64,000 nt of DNA, taken from the NCBI GenBank assembly GCA_048013815.1, contig CM106586.1, positions 6,138,001 to 6,202,000 on the forward strand, given 5' to 3'. The position numbers and the translations under genes are program-made. Shown here piece after piece: positions 10,654-22,700 of this stretch (the first letter of the stretch is position 1; each line of letters begins with the position of its first letter). The DNA is from Setoptus koraiensis (taxonomy: Eukaryota > Animalia > Arthropoda). Below the pieces are notes generated by a model. The model did no database searches. It had not been told where the DNA came from and saw nothing but the letters and a program-made list of their open reading frames with translations.

Positions 10654-11949
10654 TCATTCTAGGTAGTTCGCAATCACTAATGACGCGTTAGTTCCTCCGA
10701 ACCCAAACGAGTTCTTGAGCAATATACGTCTATCTATTGCCCAATTTTTAGGCGAACCTCGAAGCAAATTATGGGACATTGGATGATCTAGAGGTTCGTC
10801 CAAGTTAGCACATGGAGGTAACTTGGCATGATAACAGGCTAGGATAGCAAATATTGTCTCAACACTTCCTGCAGCTCCTAGGAGATGGCCGAGAGAGCCT
10901 TTGCAACTCGTTACTGTAAGATCCTTTTCATCTTTTGCGCCTAACAAACGAAAGATTGCATCACATTCGATATCGTCGCCTAGAGGCGTAGAAGTGGCGT
11001 GAGCATTGACATGACTAACTAGATTAAAATTATCTAAATTCGCGTTCTTGAGAGCCATGCTCATACTCCTATAAGCACCCGAGCCATCTGGAGATGGAGC
11101 CGTCAAATGATGTGCATCGGCAGATAGGCCGTAACCAAGTATCTCAGCGTATATTTTATCAACTTTCCGATTCAGGGCATGATCCAAATCCTCCAGAACT
11201 ACAAGTCCCGCTCCCTCGCCCATAACAAAACCGCAACGATCTGAATCGAAGGGCCTAGACGCTCTTTGAGGCTCGTCGTGAAATTTATTGCATAGAGCTC
11301 TAATTCTCCCAAAACCAGACATTGTGATACGGTTGATAGAAGCCTCTGTACCACCACATATCATAACAGAAGCATAACCATTTCGTATAAAATTAAACGC
11401 ATCCCCAATTGCATGAGCGCCAGTGCTACAAGCGGTTGATACACTATGGTTAGGACCTGTCAATTTGTATCTGATACTAATATTTCCCGCTGTTATATTG
11501 GTCAGAGTCCGAGTTATGAAATGTGGGTTGATTTTTTTATATCCTTTTTCAGAATCACTCAGAATATTACCGTTGACAAGTACATCTTCCATGTCGATAA
11601 TACCCTGACCTACGGCCACTCCACACTCACTATTGTAGCCGGTTGTATCTAGATTTGCATCAGTAACGGCCTCGTGAGCTGCTATCAGACCAAATAGAGT
11701 TGAGCGAGAGATGTTCTTCTTATTAGAAATCTTGATGTTGTCAGGTTCGTGAGAGAGTATCTCGTCAATTAGTCTTTGATCAACATACGAAGCAACTCTC
11801 GAATCTGACCCATGTACTATATGCTCTTCTTTGATGTTAGTAACAGCGCTCTCGCCGTTCAATATTTTTTCCCAAGATCTAGCGACACCCACCGAAAGAG
11901 GACTCACCATTCCAAGGCCAGTCACGACTACCCTTCTAGTCCCTAACAT
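10654..11949 (-). CDS. OXSM: Mitochondrial-type 3-oxoacyl-ACP synthase (KAS II/FabF family), intronless, 431 aa
   Basis: RRVVVTGLG start; catalytic Cys in STACSTGAH; NAHATSTPLGD and GHLLGAAG histidines; KNSFGFGGTNASL. Confidence 0.93.
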   Translation of the reverse strand: MLGTRRVVVTGLGMVSPLSVGVARSWEKILNGESAVTNIKEEHIVHGSDSRVASYVDQRLIDEILSHEPDNIKISNKKNISRSTLFGLIAAHEAVTDANLDTTGYNSECGVAVGQGIIDMEDVLVNGNILSDSEKGYKKINPHFITRTLTNITAGNISIRYKLTGPNHSVSTACSTGAHAIGDAFNFIRNGYASVMICGGTEASINRITMSGFGRIRALCNKFHDEPQRASRPFDSDRCGFVMGEGAGLVVLEDLDHALNRKVDKIYAEILGYGLSADAHHLTAPSPDGSGAYRSMSMALKNANLDNFNLVSHVNAHATSTPLGDDIECDAIFRLLGAKDEKDLTVTSCKGSLGHLLGAAGSVETIFAILACYHAKLPPCANLDEPLDHPMSHNLLRGSPKNWAIDRRILLKNSFGFGGTNASLVIANYLE

Positions 11950-11982
11950 AACGTTATTGGGTGGTGGTATTAATCAGTTTTG

Positions 11983-12766
11983 TTAGTCTGAATTCTCAGG
12001 ATGAAATTCAAGAGGAATAGTGAAGAAATCAACTGGTGTGTGTATTGGTGAAAGCCAGGCAAGTTCGGTTGAAGGGATACGGAAACTTGATTCTGCAGAA
12101 AGATAGTAATGGCAATGTTCTTCACTGGGATAGGGCGGTGTAAGAATATCGAAGAAGGCACTCTTGGTTTCGGATAGATTAGAGATCTCGTGATAGTTTC
12201 CTTTCTTCGGGTGGAGTGAGCATAGATTTTCGAATTTTTCACCATCCGCGCATACTATTCTTGTTTTTTCCTTGATAGTTAGAATAGAAGATCTTGTTGG
12301 CGCATTGCTTAATGGTTGAGGAACTTTGGTGAGAGCTTCGTAGACGTGGTTATTTGCAACAGAGTATGAATCTATTTTCGTGGTGCCATCCAAAACTTTG
12401 ATTAAACCATGCATGGAGGGATGATCATGTAAAGGTATTCTGGCATTTCTCCCGTTGAGAATAAATACTGAGACTATAAATGTTGGGCTCTGGTGTATCT
12501 CCATAAAACCAATGGTAGATCCATTTTGATAACAATCTAATTGCTGATATGCGTCATCTAGGTTGACATCTTTGGGCGTGAGATTGGCTATTAGGGGCTG
12601 ATAGGGTTATGGATTAGTGTTAGAGAACTGGTGATAGGAAATAATTTCAATGGTGTCAATGGTTGAGTACCTTAAGATTCTCTAATGGGTTGTTACAATC
12701 TAGGGAGCTAGTTTGGCTTAGTAGGCTCTCTGCTTGCTTGATAATTCGCCGCAAGAGGGAACTCAT
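11983..12766 (-). CDS. ADO: Cysteamine (2-aminoethanethiol) dioxygenase; exons 12766-12671 and 12597-11983 (about 236 aa)
   Basis: Cupin motif PLHDHPSMHGLIKVLDG and FFDILTPPY...CHYY. Exon 1 MSSLLRRIIKQA resembles the ADO N-terminus. A 73-nt intron (aag|gtactc...tatcag|ccc) keeps the frame. Confidence 0.88.
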
Positions 12767-13204
12767 GGATGTGAGCTGTGTTTCCAATATTGCCTTAGAA
12801 TATAATTATATGACAGATATAACAAATTTTCTGCTGAGAATATTTGCCTGACTTTAGAAGGATTAAATCACGTAATAGGTTGTATCGATGGAAACCTGAC
12901 ACGAAATAATATTTTGCTGTCATTTTCAGACAATAAGAATTTTTTGTTGTTTAAATGTTCGCGCCGAATCCGTCAGATTGGAAAAATTTGGCTACGCCCC
13001 TAGCGTCAAAGTGACGAAACAACATTGCCCATGCTTTGGCTACCCTGTGTGCGGCATTCACTTCCTCTCTTCAGAGCTGGTCCGTCACCAACGTGCACTG
13101 CATCAATATTCAGTATTGTTGTTACAACAATTCGCTCGGCTTATTATTATATATTACTAATTAATTATCCGAATAATATTATTAAAAATAAAAGATACTT
13201 CACC
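12767..13204. promoter_or_regulatory. Shared divergent promoter region between ADO (minus) and RPL26 (plus)
   Basis: Head-to-head starts 438 nt apart. Pyrimidine tract cttcctctcttc near 13061 (possible TOP start) and a DRE-like tatcgatg near 12883. Confidence 0.45.
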
Positions 13205-13778
13205 ATGGTTAAGATGAACAAATTCAAGACCTCGGCCAGGAGGAAGATGCGCAAGGCCCATTTCAATGCTCCATCTCACATCAGACGCCGCATCATGTCA
13301 GCTCCACTGTCTAAAGATCTTAGGCTAAAATACAATGTCAGAAGCATGCCCATTAGAAAAGATGACGAGGTTCAGGTAAGTTATCGAGGCCACCCAAGAA
13401 TTCATTCAGCCTAATTTAGAAAACGAGTCCGCGTGAAATCGATTCTCTCGAAAAAAAGGTCTCTCACTAATGAACCTCACTTCATTGTTCCATCTAATTG
13501 AATAGGTTGTTCGTGGTCATTACAAGGGACAGGCTGTCGGTAAGGTAGTTCAAGCCTACCGTAAGAAATATGTGGTGCATATTGAAAGAATCCAACGCGA
13601 AAAAGCCAACGGAGCCACTGTATTTGTAGGAATCCATCCCTCGAATGTTGTCATTGTCAAGCTTAAAATGGACAAAGATAGAAAGGCCATTCTAGAGAGA
13701 AGAGCTGCTGGAAGGCTGGCCGCACAAGGAAAGTCGAAAGGAAAGCACACCGAAGAAACTGTGGCCGAGAAAGTTTAA
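13205..13778 (+). CDS. RPL26: 60S ribosomal protein L26 (uL24); exons 13205-13375 and 13506-13778 (147 aa)
   Basis: [41 protein letters not shown]|VVRGHYKG...[19 protein letters not shown]. 130-nt GT-AG intron; AATAAA just downstream. Confidence 0.97.
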
Positions 13779-14452
13779 TTTAAATAAACAATGTAGTGCT
13801 CTGTTTACAAATTCAAAAACTTGAAATTTTCACGACGAGACAATCTGTTATTCGTTGTTGGTATTGATTATGATGATGATTCAAGCGGCAGATAATCCTC
13901 ATTATGGGCTGGTTTGTTGGTTTCCTTAGGAAGCAATCGGTCGAATAAGATTGGATAGCTAGTTAGATTGAGAACGGCTGAGGTGCGAAAAAGAGGCGCC
14001 TGATTTGAAAAATAGTGAATATCATGCTCGATATTCATGAATGTCAGAACAATCAGGCCGATTTCACATTTTTTTTTTCACAAGACGCTATCTCAAAACA
14101 TTCGGATTTGGTCAGAACATTTGCCCTACAGCCGTTTTCACTATCTGTATATACTAGCTCTTTTCTCCGGGAAGTTTTGATGATTTATATTATTTTTCAT
14201 AAGCTTGATGATGTCAATTTATAAATAATGATGTCGAAGCGACGATGTACATATCATTTGCCTTTTTGACGGGTGTCGTTGTCGAGTCTAGTTGGTGACT
14301 CGTAACAAGTCAACAGTGAAAGTAAGCATAAATAGCAAGAAAGTAATGTGTGTGTTCCAATGTGTTCTTATAAATGACGTTACGGTTAGCTGCTCGCTTC
14401 GGCTTGACAAGGGAAAGATTTTATGAATAAAGTGGCCAAATTCATTCATTCA

Positions 14453-17400
14453 TTATTTGTTTGCTTCCGCTGCCTGCTCCTGATTTGCATGCCTAGCTAG
14501 AGCCAATAGAACCATAGTGAGCTCTTTCTTGTTTATTTTGCCATCCTTATTGAAATCGCAACCTCTTAAAATGGCATCTTGAAATTCGTTCAAATCATGA
14601 GCGTCATAATCCTTTTTAACCAACTCCAATAGATCCTTTAGGAAGCCCTTGAGTTCTTCATTTTCAATGGTGCCATTTTGATCCTAGTTGTTATTATGAT
14701 TACGTAATGGGGCGCACAATGATAAATGACAACGAGACGCACAAACAAATGAGAACCATTAACAATTGAGATTAACTTGATATTCTCCATATGAATGAAG
14801 ATTTTTATAGTTATATGGTCACAGTTATATAAAAATCATATGAAGTGATACGAAGTGGTAACTGTTGAAGAAGTGTTGGCGATGTTGTTCTTACCCTGTC
14901 ATAGAGCATAAATACGCGCTCTATGTCGTCTTTGGTGACTTTTGAGGCGCCCTGACAGATGATAATTATATAAGTAGAGATTAGATGTCAATTTAGTTAA
15001 GCCTATACAAGTGACAATAAATTAGACATGGCTGCTCGGTTGGCTGCAACTTGCAAAATTTTACCTTAAAAGCGCTTCGATTTAGGAAGTTCTCCTTCAC
15101 TGGCAATAATCGCGCCATTTCGCTCAATTGTAATTTGCCATCTCTATTTGAATCAAATATCTGCAAGATGGTATCTGTGTATTCGATGATTTTATCCTCG
15201 CTGACTGGACCACCGCGCGATTCGCGCAATAAATCGTTTAAAAAGCTCTAAAAGAAAGTAGTAGTAGTAGTAGATTGTTTTGTTAGTGTAATGTGTTTAT
15301 TGGATTAGCTAAATGGTGTTATGGCGTAACGGTTTAATGGTGCAAAGATGGGTAAGATAGTGAGAAAGTTGATAAATTCTTGAGAACGATGATGGCATAC
15401 CTTTAGCTCGTCAGCCTCTATATAGCCGCTGCTATCGCGATCGTAGTTGGTCCATATCTAGCAACGAGCAGATGTAACAGTTTATGGGTGCATGTATGTT
15501 GAATAATAATAATAACAATAATAATAATGGCAATAGGTAAGAGGTGAAAGAAGAGCAAGAGCACATTAGCTAAATGACCAGATGAGACCTGAGGAGATGG
15601 CTATCATATCTCTTTTGCAGTGCGAAAAGTTGCGCGCTCGGCTCTGTCCGGTCCACTTAGTCAGGTTGCTGCTAACTAAGCCCACAGTAAAGCCGCGGAT
15701 AATCAAATGGGGCCGCCAACTGGTCGAATGGGCCAGCTTGAAATAAAATAACGACATTAGCATAATGAGTCGATATACTCTCAACAATTGGGTGCAGCTC
15801 GGAGCGAGAAACAATTACACTTATTGGTGCCGAGAGATGCCCGCTTAAGTGGCCCCAATCAGGGACAGCCGGTTGGTTCCAGTTGGTTCCAGTTGGTTCC
15901 AGTTGGTTCCAGTTGGTTCCAGTCTGTTCCAGTTGGTCTCAATTGGTGCGAGTGATGGTCCAGGATGGCGCAATTGAAGCATAATTGTACAGGTGAACTT
16001 TGAGTACTCTCACTAGCGTGAGCCAGTCGCGCCGGCCTCAAGTAGCGCCAATCGAATTGATGATTGGCAATCAAGGTGAACCAAGTGGCACGGGTTGTGT
16101 ATGGTTGTTGTCTCCCCCAACTAAGAATCAATTGCGCAAATCAAGAGTCTGTCGTAACATGTGTGCAATGTCTGCAGCAATTGGTGTCTTCGTTATCGTC
16201 TCGTCTAGATAGATGGCTGCCGAGTCGTACGCTTGAGAGCGGGCCCGGCTGGCCGGACATAACAAACACGAGCAAGCAAGCACGAGTACTCTCGAGATAA
16301 CCGTAGACAGTAAATAAAAGTATGAAATTGATATACGCCCGGGCGACTTGTGGGGCCCAAATGAAGCCGTTGGAACAAAAGCTGTTGTGCGAACAGTTCA
16401 GTTGAGGTACCTGGCGGGCACTGGCAATTTGCGCGGCTGACTTACCTTCATAAATTCCACACTATTGTCGTGCCAGTGTTGCCAGTGGCAATGGTCGCAG
16501 GTTGTATTGTGTAGGCAGCCAAGCAGCCAGGTAAGTGGCAGGTGATTTGGCGTTATCATTGCGGTCATTGGTTGGCGACGATGGTACGATGATACGATTT
16601 GATGAGACGACATTAGTTGGCCAGCGGTTGCATAAATTATCCACGTGGTCCCATTTGATGCCCATTTGGAGGTCGCGCCAGGTCGCCAGCCATGACAACC
16701 AAGCGAACCATTTTGTTGGTATTGTTTTAGTGGCATTTGGCCCATTTGGTGTTGGCAGTTTGGGTCGGCCAATATCGTCGTCGGCGGGGCGCACATAGGG
16801 GCCGTAAAGGTAGTAAAGGTTGGTAGTAAAGTTGGCATGGACAGGCGAGAGAATGGATTATGATGAGCCCCTAGAATAGATTTGCTTGGTTTGTTGTTTC
16901 TTTTCTCTTTTTGCTGGCACTGGCGACCGTCATCGGCGCCGTCAGGGCACCAGCGCCACTAGGTAGACTCAAGCCAGTTGCAGCAACCGGATGGAGCGGG
17001 CCAGAATTGAATGAGCGCAGCCAGTAACCTACGAAACGTGGCGAGAATATTGAGCGCCATATTAAATGGCACACAACTGCGTGTCCATGGTTGTGTCCAT
17101 GGACAACAACCTTAGACAGCCTTAGACAGGGCCGGCCAGAGACAGTAGTTAGTGGCACGGTTCGGTCCAGTGAGAAGGGAGCCAAACATGGGCCCCAACT
17201 GGACAACGTCTCTATGCGCCAGTGTCTTCAATATCCGCTGGCCAGTGTCGCGCACAATGCAAGCAGTTTGACTTGCTAAAACGGTCTCACTGTGCGCCCG
17301 CTCTCACTGGCACAGTTGACGACAAAAGTCAAACCGGAAATGGTCGTCAATTGCGCTGCAGTCGCGACACAATGCTAGAGGCTAGCATTGTGTCGCGACA

Positions 17401-19755
17401 GTTGAATAATGTGAGACAAATAGAAATACATTTTTGCCAGCGCCATTGCAAAGAGCTGTGCGATCTCGTCACCAGGTGTCACTATCATTTAATCATCATT
17501 TTAGCCTGTCTATCTTGTTTTATCTTGTCCTGTAGCTCATATTACGCCAGTGATATATGTTATGTTGGTTGTTGACATAAAGTGACTCGCTTGTTGTTGT
17601 ATTATTACTGTCATTGGTGTTTTTTCGCCGTGAATAACTCTATTCGCAAATTGCGACACACACGCACACACCAGGTAAACTACCTGTACTGTAAGTACTG
17701 ACAACCATGGCGCGCTGATGATTTAACTGTCACTATTATGCATGCGCAACATGGATGCGACAGCGGCGCACAGGTAGCCAGAATAACATGGCCAGTGACA
17801 GTAGCGACAACAGCGACACAAAGGGGGATAAAAACAACAATTTGTTCACGAATGCGCCAAACTTAACTCTCGGCCCGCTCGCCCACAACGGACCCTTTAC
17901 CTGTGCCAAGTTTCGCCTGTCGGTCTCATCAATATGTACGGGTAGGTCGGGCCGGCAAGTGCCAGTTTTCACTTAATTCGACCAGACTACTGCTGCTGTT
18001 GATAAAATTGAGCTTGTCCGACACACACGCACACACTCTCTGAGAGCAATAGGAAGTTACTTGACTGCACTGGACATGCTACACTTACCTTGACTCAAGT
18101 GGATTGTCGAAGCGGAAGAGAAGTAAAAAACTCTCCTCTAGAGGAAGTAGTTGTGCCAGCTGAGTGTTGTTGTTGTTGGTTGGTATTTTGGTCGGTGGCG
18201 GGGTTTAGTTTGCAATCGCAGCAGGACGCGTAGTGGCCATGTACCGGCAACCAAGGGCAACCAGTTGGGGAATTAATAATGATTTTTTGACACACAAACG
18301 TTGTTTGCACACAACAGTTGTTGGCGTTGTTGTTGAAGGTGACCTCCCACCAGGGGGCCGGCGAATCAATGGAAATCGGGCGGTTAGCATCGTTTCAGGC
18401 GGTTTGCATCGTTTCGGGCGGTTTGCATCGTTTTTAAGGCGCCGGTTTCAAATGGGGTTCCGTTGAAATAGATGTAATGGCGAGAAGGAGAGAAAGAGGG
18501 CACAAGATTAGCGAGCGTGTTTGTGTCACATTGTTACAATAGTGCTCATACTTACAACTAATGTCTGTCAGTTTACTACGTTATGGCCTGCTCACGGCAC
18601 CGCCAGACAACAACAATTGGACCCCCGATTATAACGCCTGAACAGCGCCCACCAGCCGTCTAGCCGGCGGTCGTTGCGGCGTCTAGTCAGCGGTCGTTGG
18701 CTCAACGTAATCGCCGTTGCGATCGCGTTGCGCCTCATTTTGCAGCCGTTGTGTTACGTAATGCGCGTATCATCGCGAGTTGCCAATTGGGGGGGGGCCC
18801 TTACGTAACAATGACGGTTTTTCACCAGCGGCAACAATGTGACACATTCCCTGACAGCAGGCAGTTTATTTTTCGATTTGGCCTGACCTCCGGCGGGCCC
18901 GCCGTTGGGCTTGCGAGGCAGCCTCGGCATCATCAGCCGTTAGCACAGTGTCTGCTGCTGGCTTGTGTTTCATTTCTGTACGTTCCGTTACGTAACAGCC
19001 AGCCAGCCAGTCAGCCGGTAATGCGACAGCCAGCCAGTTATGCAACGTCCAGCCAGCCGGTTACGCAACGGCTGTCAGTTGGTGCAATTCGATGAAGGCA
19101 CAGCCAGTGATGAATGACAGACACGCGGGCTGGCTGGCTGGCCGACAAACACGCGGCGTGTGCGTGATTTTAATAGATAATGATGATTTAATAGAGAGAG
19201 AGAGAGACGCTTTTTTATAACGCTCGCTGCAACTCGACACGCCGTTGGCTGGCCAGCCTCTCACAGCTTGTGAGTCACGAGTGCCAATGGTGCAGTGTCA
19301 CCTTTGCACAATTGAGCCCGTAAGCAGATTGAGCCAGTCAGCTGTTGTGTTGTGCATTGCATAATGTATTGTCAGTGCACTTGTCAGTGTGAGTTACTGA
19401 CACATTTTATTTTATTTCATTTTATTTTATGCTGGCCAGTGTAAAATGTGCCCGTGATTGCATTAGGGCGCCCCCAACGAGCACACATAACTTATGTAAC
19501 GCGTGCAACACGGGCGACGTGCAACATGGGCGACGTGCACGAGCGACGAGCGGCCCCAAACGGCCACACTCTGCAAACAGACGCTCGAAAGACACCCAAC
19601 TGACACTGGCCAGACGCTCAAGATATAAACAGAGATATAAACAGAGCCATAAACAGGGCGCGCAAATGGTGTTGAGTGAGCGACTGGACAGTGTTGTGTC
19701 ATCAATCAAATAATCAGCGGCTTATTATGTGGCCGCTATGCAGTTATTATGCAAC

Positions 19756-19798
<43 letters not shown>

Positions 19799-22700
19799 GG
19801 TATGCACTAGTAACGGTATTTTAGCATAACGGCAGCAGCAGCAGCATGTTTTGCGTCACAACAACAACAGTAGTCTGACAGTGGCACTGCATTACTACTG
19901 TCACTTTGTGCCGCCTCTAAGCTGCCGGCCAGCGGCCAGTTCGTGGCAAGCTCGTGCTGGTGGCCGGCCTGCCTGCCTGGCGTGTGCGTTTGACAAGATA
20001 ATCGAGTGATGCCATGTTGTTACATAACCATATATGCAACTGTAACATGCCGTGCTATGCAGCGCTGGCCAGTGAGGCCCGGTGAGCAGTGATAACATTT
20101 GCAACTTTCGACAGCAGCGCCTCTCCACGTAATAGCGGCAATCTCAGTTTTATTGTGCCAGTTGTAACACTGTCAGGCTACTGGCTGGCAGCGAGATGAT
20201 TGATGTGATCACTTGCCGTTATCATTATTATTATTGTTCAGCCAATACTGCACACACCATACATATATATATGTAAACTATTACAGCAGCCAGCACAACT
20301 AGACCTGGCTATACTGCTGGCTATAATACTAGATGCCGGCAACACTCGAGCAATATGAATATTTTCACGGCCATCTTGTGTGTCGTCCCGCAGCAACGGA
20401 GCACCCAGCGACAGAATGCCCGGCGACGGAATACCCGGCGACGGAATGCCCGGCGACGGAATACCCGGCGACAGAATACCCGGCGACGGAATATCCAGTG
20501 CGCGATTCATATTTCGTTTCATATTTGCGCGTGTAGTGGTCGCATTTGTGTCAAGTCGTCATATTTGCGTGCAATCGCAGTTGTGCCCAGTGATGTCGTA
20601 TCAGTGATGTCGTATTCGTGTGCCGAAATGAGAATATTGCGCAATACTCACCTCGCGGATGTCGATCTTTCCGTCGGAGTTTTCGTCGTAAGCCTCGAGG
20701 AATGTTGATTTGAGCTCAGACAGCACCGTGTCGGATATGGCCTGCAGAGGGGCGCGTGCGGAAGGGGGCGCAACGGGCGGCGGGCCGCAGCGGGTGCGAT
20801 GGGCGGCCGGACCGGCGGCAAGTGTGAATAGTGTGATTGTGGCAGTTGTGAATTGAGCGTTTTATTCGGGACGGGTGTGATGAGTAATTGTTGTGATTCG
20901 ATTAGTTTGTTTGCCTGCAGGCACAAAATGGCGCCCGCCGCCAATGTCGAAACGCGGCGCCGTCGGTGCCACGCACAGTGAACGTGGCCGCTGTGAACGG
21001 GTCGGCCGGGAGCCCAAGCGAGCAGCCAATGGCACGGACAAAGGGGGCCAATTCTCGCGAGTATTGGCCGCGTTTGTGCCGGGCATTTATCCCAAAACCA
21101 CACTTTGGCTATCGCTGTGGCTCGCATTCTCGGTTGCCGACTGCCGACTGTCGACTGTCGAGCGAGAACGAGTCGACCGGCGAGCGATGATTCAATCAAC
21201 GCTGCAGCTGCTGCTCGCTGGACCCTCTGGCCCACATTTCTGGCCAGCACATCGGGGCCTTATTGGGGCCTCATTTTGGCGCCGAAATGGCGTCGAAATG
21301 GCGCCGAAATGGCCGGGCGTGGGCGACATTGGCAAGCGGGCAGGCGGGCAGGCGGGCTGGTGGCGATATTGATATTTTGGCGCAAAATAATACTTACGTC
21401 GGCTCCGATCTCCGTGGCGCTGACAGAGGCGACAAATTCGCGCAAAAAGTGATCCAGCTCGGTGTCCTCGATGTATCCGTTGCCTGCAGTATGCAATACA
21501 CAAATAGAGAAAATGAGTTAGCCTAGGTACATTACGAGTTGCCAGCGAGCGAGCGTCGCCGAACGCAAATAAATAATTTATGGATGGAGTGCGTCTGTTC
21601 CAGTTGCATTTCTCGGCCCGACATAATATCGGCGATATAATATCGGCGATATTGTATCGGCGCGGCCCGCGACTCGCATTCGAGCAAAGTGTTCCTATTA
21701 GAGTGCCGGCTCGCCGTGTCGGGCAAGCGTCCCAAGACACGCGGGCCGGTTCGATGGGGCCCGCACGGGATGCGAGCGCGCGCGACGCGGGCGAGTCACT
21801 TTAAACATTGTCTGTTATTATTGGCCAGACACACTGACAGTGAGCTATTGGCTTATATCGGGCGCATAAACAGTGTAGGCAGCGTATAAACAGGCGGCAT
21901 TCGATCATGGCGTCATCGTGGCATCGTGGTGGCCAGCCAACAGTGATCAACGTGCCAGCAGCTTGCGCAAGCCGCGACGGCGCTCGGCCGGGACCTAGCG
22001 CCGTTCGCGACTCCGCGACTTTGCGACACCCGGCCGCAAACTCGAAATGACTGGCGCCTTGCAGCGTTCGCCGTTCGAGAGCTAACCAAGTGCCAATTGG
22101 CTGCCAAATAGTGTTTGTAACAGTTGACATTGGCGAGTAGATAAATAAACAACAACTGTCTCGGATAGTTGTGTACAGTTTCGGGATTGTCGAAACTGTA
22201 CACAACTATCCGCGTCGATGGCGAACACAAGCGGCCCGAAAATCGCCAATTTCGAGCTTGCCACTTTTTCACACACACACACACACGCCACACTGACTCT
22301 GATAACTATTTAATGAAAGCAGCCTCAAAACACCATATCCAGTCGGCCAGTGCCAGAGTTGCGAGCGCCGGCCAATATCTGGCGACGTGTGGGCCCGCTC
22401 CCATGCCGCGCCGATCATTGTTAGATATGACGCAGTAATGGTAGTATAATTTATAAGCCATAAGTTATGGCTCGCGCCCAGTTATGACTTATAACGACTC
22501 CGAATTGGCGCTGGCTGCCGCATCGCACCTACGTTTTCCGGTTTTCTGACCGCCGGGCTCCTCAGACAGCTAGTTAACGCGCATTGAGCCGCTAACGGGC
22601 CGCTAATGGGCCAAATGTGGGCCAACCTGGGCGCGCACCACACAACTAGACGGCGCCCGGCCAGAACTTGCCAGAGTGCCCAAAGAAATCTAGAGATTAT

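Noticed and set aside
10654-11949. OXSM as a horizontally acquired bacterial fabF (intronless, no presequence)
   Set aside because: The sequence follows eukaryotic OXSM (KGYKKINP, SIRYKLTGPNHSVSTAC, NAHATSTPLGD), and neighbouring native genes are also intronless. A phylogeny would settle it.
11950-11985. ADO-OXSM stop-codon readthrough fusion (33-nt gap, same frame)
   Set aside because: A second in-frame stop (TAA CAA AAC TGA) blocks readthrough.
13376-13505. Intronic snoRNAs in RPL26 (and in RPL36, 49579-49703)
   Set aside because: I could not identify convincing C/D or H/ACA boxes with terminal stems.
20380-20607. [10 protein letters not shown] repeat ORF as a collagen-like peptide
   Set aside because: It is simply the 15-bp minisatellite. 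The units show no synonymous variation, and all frames give ORFs.
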